A stretch of 54,731 bases of DNA, from assembly GCA_903926935.1 (NCBI GenBank), contig CAIYLB010000076.1, positions 1 to 54,731 of the forward strand, given 5' to 3'. Under the pieces are notes generated by a model that worked only from the letters and a program-made list of their open reading frames with translations, did not search any database and was not told the origin of the DNA. Position numbers and translations under genes: made by a program. This DNA is from an uncultured Pseudomonadota bacterium (GTDB lineage: Bacteria > Pseudomonadota > Gammaproteobacteria > Burkholderiales > Methylophilaceae). Position 1 is the stretch's first letter, and each line of letters begins with the position of its first letter. Shown here piece after piece: positions 51,187 to 54,731 of the stretch.

Positions 51187-51750
51187 TTAATTCAACCAAG
51201 GTGTTTCACCACCACCAACATACTGGGTACGTAACCAAGCCATAATCTTCAGAATAGTATCGGTATCTAAACCATCACCTGTATGACCTGCAAGCTGCGA
51301 GTGCCATGTGAGCATGCTGCCGCGAGCGGTTGCGCCTTTACCGTTAGTACCACCGGCAATCGTCTCAAACATACCTTTATCAGTATTATGTTTTGGATAC
51401 TCCCATTGCGCATCAATAATACTAGGGCCCATCAAGCCATTAGCATTACCGCCGTGACAGCCACTGCAACCTTGAAAATTGAATTGTTTATGCCCAGCTT
51501 TCGCCGCCTCTGCATCTTTAGCATAAATTTTAGTATAAGGATTCTTGCAAGTAGCTAAAAACTCCTTAGCTTCAGCAGTATCTGTAGGAAGCACTTTAAT
51601 CAGCAGAGGGCTATTGTCTTTGGTTGATACTAGATTACAGGAACCTGAGGAGGCTGTGCTTGAAGTTGAAGAACCAGCTTCTTTTTTACTACATGCACTT
51701 AATGCTACTAACATCAGCATGAGGACTAAACTAAATTTATCCTTACTCAT
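51187..51750 (-). CDS. xoxG: XoxG-like monoheme cytochrome c, predicted lipoprotein
   Basis: AGGAGA RBS, lipobox LSA-C, Ser-rich linker and CSGCH; paralog of the adjacent gene. Confidence 0.8.
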   Translation of the reverse strand: MSKDKFSLVLMLMLVALSACSKKEAGSSTSSTASSGSCNLVSTKDNSPLLIKVLPTDTAEAKEFLATCKNPYTKIYAKDAEAAKAGHKQFNFQGCSGCHGGNANGLMGPSIIDAQWEYPKHNTDKGMFETIAGGTNGKGATARGSMLTWHSQLAGHTGDGLDTDTILKIMAWLRTQYVGGGETPWLN

Positions 51751-51864
51751 TTTAAATCTCCTGATTCTTAATATATGAGCTTTTAACTTAAGCTCTATTA
51801 TTAACAAGTTTATCTAACGATTAATGACAATGACCTTTTACCTGCAAGCCAGTAAGTCTAACGC

Positions 51865-51900
51865 AAAAAAAAGCTACTGTAATTATACAGTAGCTTTTTT
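51865..51900. terminator. Intrinsic terminator between the two cytochrome genes
   Basis: Same stem-loop as 51072-51100, with an A-run and a T-run flanking. Confidence 0.85.
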
Positions 51901-51944
51901 AGGTATTGCAGCTTGTATCAGCTTACTGCTGATACAACTTTAAA

Positions 51945-52505
51945 TTAGTTCAACCAATCTTTAGTGCCATCACCTTTATATTCAGTACGAATATAAGCAA
52001 TAAGCTTCAAGATATCATCGGTAGGTAAGCCATCACCAATGTGGCCATCTAAAGATTGATGCCAAATGTACATATTACCACCAGAAACACCTGGTGTTCC
52101 GCCAGCAATTGTTTCAAACATACCCTTGTCAGTTGAGTTTTTCGCATAAACCCATCTAGTATCATAAGCACCTTGGCCGCCATTTTTCTTCAATGACGGA
52201 GCCATAATGCCTTCTAATTTACCGCCATGGCAACCAGAACAACCGTTATATCCAAATAGCTTTTTACCGCCCGCTTTAATCAAAGACGGATCAGCTGCAT
52301 AAGCTTTTGTGTATGGGTTAATACATGTCTCTAAAAAAGATTTTGCTTCAGGAGTATCAGTGTCTGATGCTTTTACTGGTAATGGTGAATTGTCTTTTGT
52401 TGAAACTAAATTACACGCTGCGCTTGCCTGGGTGGATAAAGTTAAACCTACAAACCCAAGCACTGTAATTAATAATGCTGCTTTAACTGCTTTAGTACCT
52501 AACAT
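51945..52505 (-). CDS. xoxG: XoxG monoheme cytochrome cL-type, soluble periplasmic
   Basis: AGGAGA RBS, signal ending ASA, C.NPY, CSGCHGG and DKGMFETI. Confidence 0.85.
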   Translation of the reverse strand: MLGTKAVKAALLITVLGFVGLTLSTQASAACNLVSTKDNSPLPVKASDTDTPEAKSFLETCINPYTKAYAADPSLIKAGGKKLFGYNGCSGCHGGKLEGIMAPSLKKNGGQGAYDTRWVYAKNSTDKGMFETIAGGTPGVSGGNMYIWHQSLDGHIGDGLPTDDILKLIAYIRTEYKGDGTKDWLN

Positions 52506-53103
52506 GTTATCTCCTAGTTTATTCACTTTTAGCTCCTATCAACCATGCTATTGCATAATTGAACGTGTACTAAATTAACGTACTTATTATTTAATCGGTT
52601 GACTCAAATATCACTAACAATAGTTTTGATCCTGCTTTTACTTATTTCTATAAAAAACGACCATTGCAATTATACAATAGTCGTTTAATTTATTACACAG
52701 ACTTAATTGAGCATACGCCATATTTTAGTTAAATAAACAAAAAATACACGCAGTTCTTACAAGGTCTATCTAACCAACCGCCTAAATAATTAATTATCTA
52801 GCAATTACCTTCAACACTTTTGGTAGTTGAGCTAGCTGAGTCAGTTATTTGCTTATGGCACTTCACATTTTTCAGCATTACTTTTCCAACATTTCTTCGA
52901 CCGAATACATATTTAAAAAATCCTTGAATAACAAAATTTTTTGACATGCTAAACAATACTCTAACTTAATACTAATTAATACCTTACAAATCTGCTAAAA
53001 TACATATTACTAAAAGTGAAGTGAGCTAGGAGGAATAACATATTACCTAGCCTACTATATCTAAAATTACTAAAATTATCTTAGCAAGGCTTAATGATGG
53101 AGC

Positions 53104-54033
53104 TTAAGGTTTAACTGCTTTAGCTTCTCTTTCGCGAGCGATATCCTTATGATAAGTCTTCATTAGATTGTCACCGTCTACAATCGCAACATGAGGAATA
53201 CCAAAGTCGTCTAAAATTTTATTGATTTTATCTTGGCTTCTGTCTAACGCACCTTGAATCATCTCAGCACGTTTTTTATCGCTTTTACGCACGCCGATGG
53301 AAATATTCCAATATTCTTTACCTTTTACGTTAGTATTTTCATACTCTGGAATATTCACTGTGACTAATGGCACTTTAGATTGCTTAGCAAAATAGCCGCC
53401 AATTGGACCCCAAACAATGGCTACATCAATATCACCATTTACTAAATCATCAACCAAATAACTTGGTGGAAGATTAAGGTCACGTTGCATACGGTAAGGT
53501 CTAGCATTACCCATCAAATTATGGTCATTTAATGGAATTGTTGCTGGACTTTGGCCTACAACACCAATACGTGCTTTAGCTAAATCTGGGCTATCCCAAT
53601 CTGTAATGTTATATCCACTGTCTTTTTTGTAGATAAACAGATTACCTGTGCGGTAATATGGTTTTGTTGCTCTGATTGCATCGTTATCTGGCGTAGTACT
53701 CATCATCACATCGCAACGCATCGCATTTAAAGTATTTCTTAAAAAACCTTGGCGACTATAAGCATAGGTAAATGTAAGTTTCTTACCTAAATCTTCTGCT
53801 AATACTGCTGCAATTTTATCTTCAAAGCCTTCCTGTTTAGAATTCGAGTAAGGCATAAGATCAGGATCTGCACAAACTTTGAATTCTGATTCATCTACAA
53901 CACGTCTAACTTCTCCAATACGACCTTCATCTGCGTTAAGCGTAGGAATGTCCGGGTCTGCAGCATAACTTACATTAGCTACAACGGCTAACAGTGCAAT
54001 CAATCCTAGCTTGGTCTTTAAATGTATCAACAT
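53104..54033 (-). CDS. xoxJ: XoxJ/MxaJ-family periplasmic protein
   Basis: VCADP...PYSN...GFE.KIA, CDV and WGPIGGY; lies downstream of the PQQ dehydrogenase. Confidence 0.9.
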   Translation of the reverse strand: MLIHLKTKLGLIALLAVVANVSYAADPDIPTLNADEGRIGEVRRVVDESEFKVCADPDLMPYSNSKQEGFEDKIAAVLAEDLGKKLTFTYAYSRQGFLRNTLNAMRCDVMMSTTPDNDAIRATKPYYRTGNLFIYKKDSGYNITDWDSPDLAKARIGVVGQSPATIPLNDHNLMGNARPYRMQRDLNLPPSYLVDDLVNGDIDVAIVWGPIGGYFAKQSKVPLVTVNIPEYENTNVKGKEYWNISIGVRKSDKKRAEMIQGALDRSQDKINKILDDFGIPHVAIVDGDNLMKTYHKDIAREREAKAVKP

Positions 54034-54247
54034 TATTTGTTCCTTATCGTCAAATGTGCGGTTTATATTGTTCCGCTTGTTTTTATAGAGTACTTAATCA
54101 GTTGGAAAGTTCTTACCCTTTTTAAATGCTTACGAATTGAGGATAAAAATGACTGACTATTGTAACTAGTTTGTTACATCGTATGGAATTTTTATGTCTC
54201 TAAACACCTGCTATTTGGATGTAATTTATTTAAATTAAATTTTAATT

Positions 54248-54279
54248 AAAAAAAAGCACCCCGACAAGTCGGGGTGCTT
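54248..54279 (-). terminator. Intrinsic terminator after xoxF
   Basis: AAGCACCCCGAC-AA-GTCGGGGTGCTT plus a U-run. Confidence 0.9.
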
Positions 54280-54335
54280 CTATTTTTAAACTAACTTCAG
54301 TAGTTAGCTAATAACTTATGTTTTTCAACAATAAA

Positions 54336-54731
54336 TTATAGACTGAATACTGTTAATGAACCGCCGCCAGGGGCCGCGTTGTATTTAGTTAGTTCTTTGT
54401 AACCACCAGCTGCACCAAGTGCATCTGTGTCGTTAGTCATACCAAGGTTCATCGCAACGCCAGCCCAACCACCAATACCTGATAGTGTACCAACGAATTG
54501 TTTACCAGCATGGCCGTATGTGAATGCGTTACCAATCACGCCAGAACCTACTTGGAATTTCCAAAGTTCTTTACCTGATTGTGCATCTACCGCTTTAAAC
54601 CAACGATCAAGAGTTCCGTAGAACACTAGGTTTGAAGCAGTTGTTAAAGCACCACCCCAAGCAGAGAATTTCTCTTTGTTGTACCAAACTTTTTTGTTGG
54701 TCATTGGATCATAAGCGCCGAAGCCACCTAA
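54336..54731 (-). CDS. xoxF: PQQ methanol dehydrogenase, 3' end only; probably XoxF
   Basis: WGGALTT, FYGTLD, LWKF..GSG.IG, SGIGGW and GGSLTVFSL. J-G order without mxaI favours xox; the lanthanide-binding Asp is outside the window. Confidence 0.82.
   Translation of the reverse strand, partial: LGGFGAYDPMTNKKVWYNKEKFSAWGGALTTASNLVFYGTLDRWFKAVDAQSGKELWKFQVGSGVIGNAFTYGHAGKQFVGTLSGIGGWAGVAMNLGMTNDTDALGAAGGYKELTKYNAAPGGGSLTVFSL

Noticed and set aside
52798-52947. 49-codon minus-strand ORF between xoxJ and xoxG (possible mxaI-like small subunit)
   Set aside because: No RBS, no signal peptide and no resemblance to MxaI.
1-54731. CRISPR array, tRNA/rRNA, integrase, transposase, prophage; many short antisense ORFs in the track
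   Set aside because: I saw no repeat-spacer periodicity or diagnostic motifs; the short ORFs overlap well-supported genes.

Overview
Betaproteobacterial methylotroph chromosome, most likely Methylophilaceae (Methylotenera-like); this is inferred from the xoxF-xoxJ-xoxG-xoxG cluster, the fds formate dehydrogenase genes and gene order. Core blocks: the dcw cluster (mraZ to the 5' end of murC, 1-11280, minus strand); rnpB, pyrC, rsmI, yraN and a BON lipoprotein; trxA-rho-rpmE; an ArnT-like gene; fdsGBA-fdhD-fdsD divergent from moaA-mobA-mobB-moeA; tonB, an orphan histidine kinase, bcp, a PhoH-family gene, lplT and ndh; and the 3' part of a lanthanide-type methanol dehydrogenase cluster. The standout is an accessory block of about 11 kb (roughly 11.9-22.8 kb) between mraZ and rnpB. 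It holds two operons, each with a sigma54 -24/-12 promoter and a different guanidine riboswitch class. (A) A guanidine-I aptamer leads a membrane di-iron desaturase-like protein, an MBL hydrolase, an uncharacterised Hri1-like protein, an ABC solute-binding protein, a GlnT-type ligase and a MetX-fold hydrolase. (B) A guanidine-II hairpin pair with an unusually long 78-nt linker leads a 2OG/Fe(II) dioxygenase and a paralog of the Hri1-like protein. A deletion scar missed by the ORF track (about 12350-12863) joins remnants of a second binding protein and a rubredoxin reductase. I infer a nitrogen-starvation plus guanidine-gated pathway for oxidising or dealkylating substituted guanidines; operon A matches no pathway I know. 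All calls come from reading motifs by eye, and no searches or folding programs were run.
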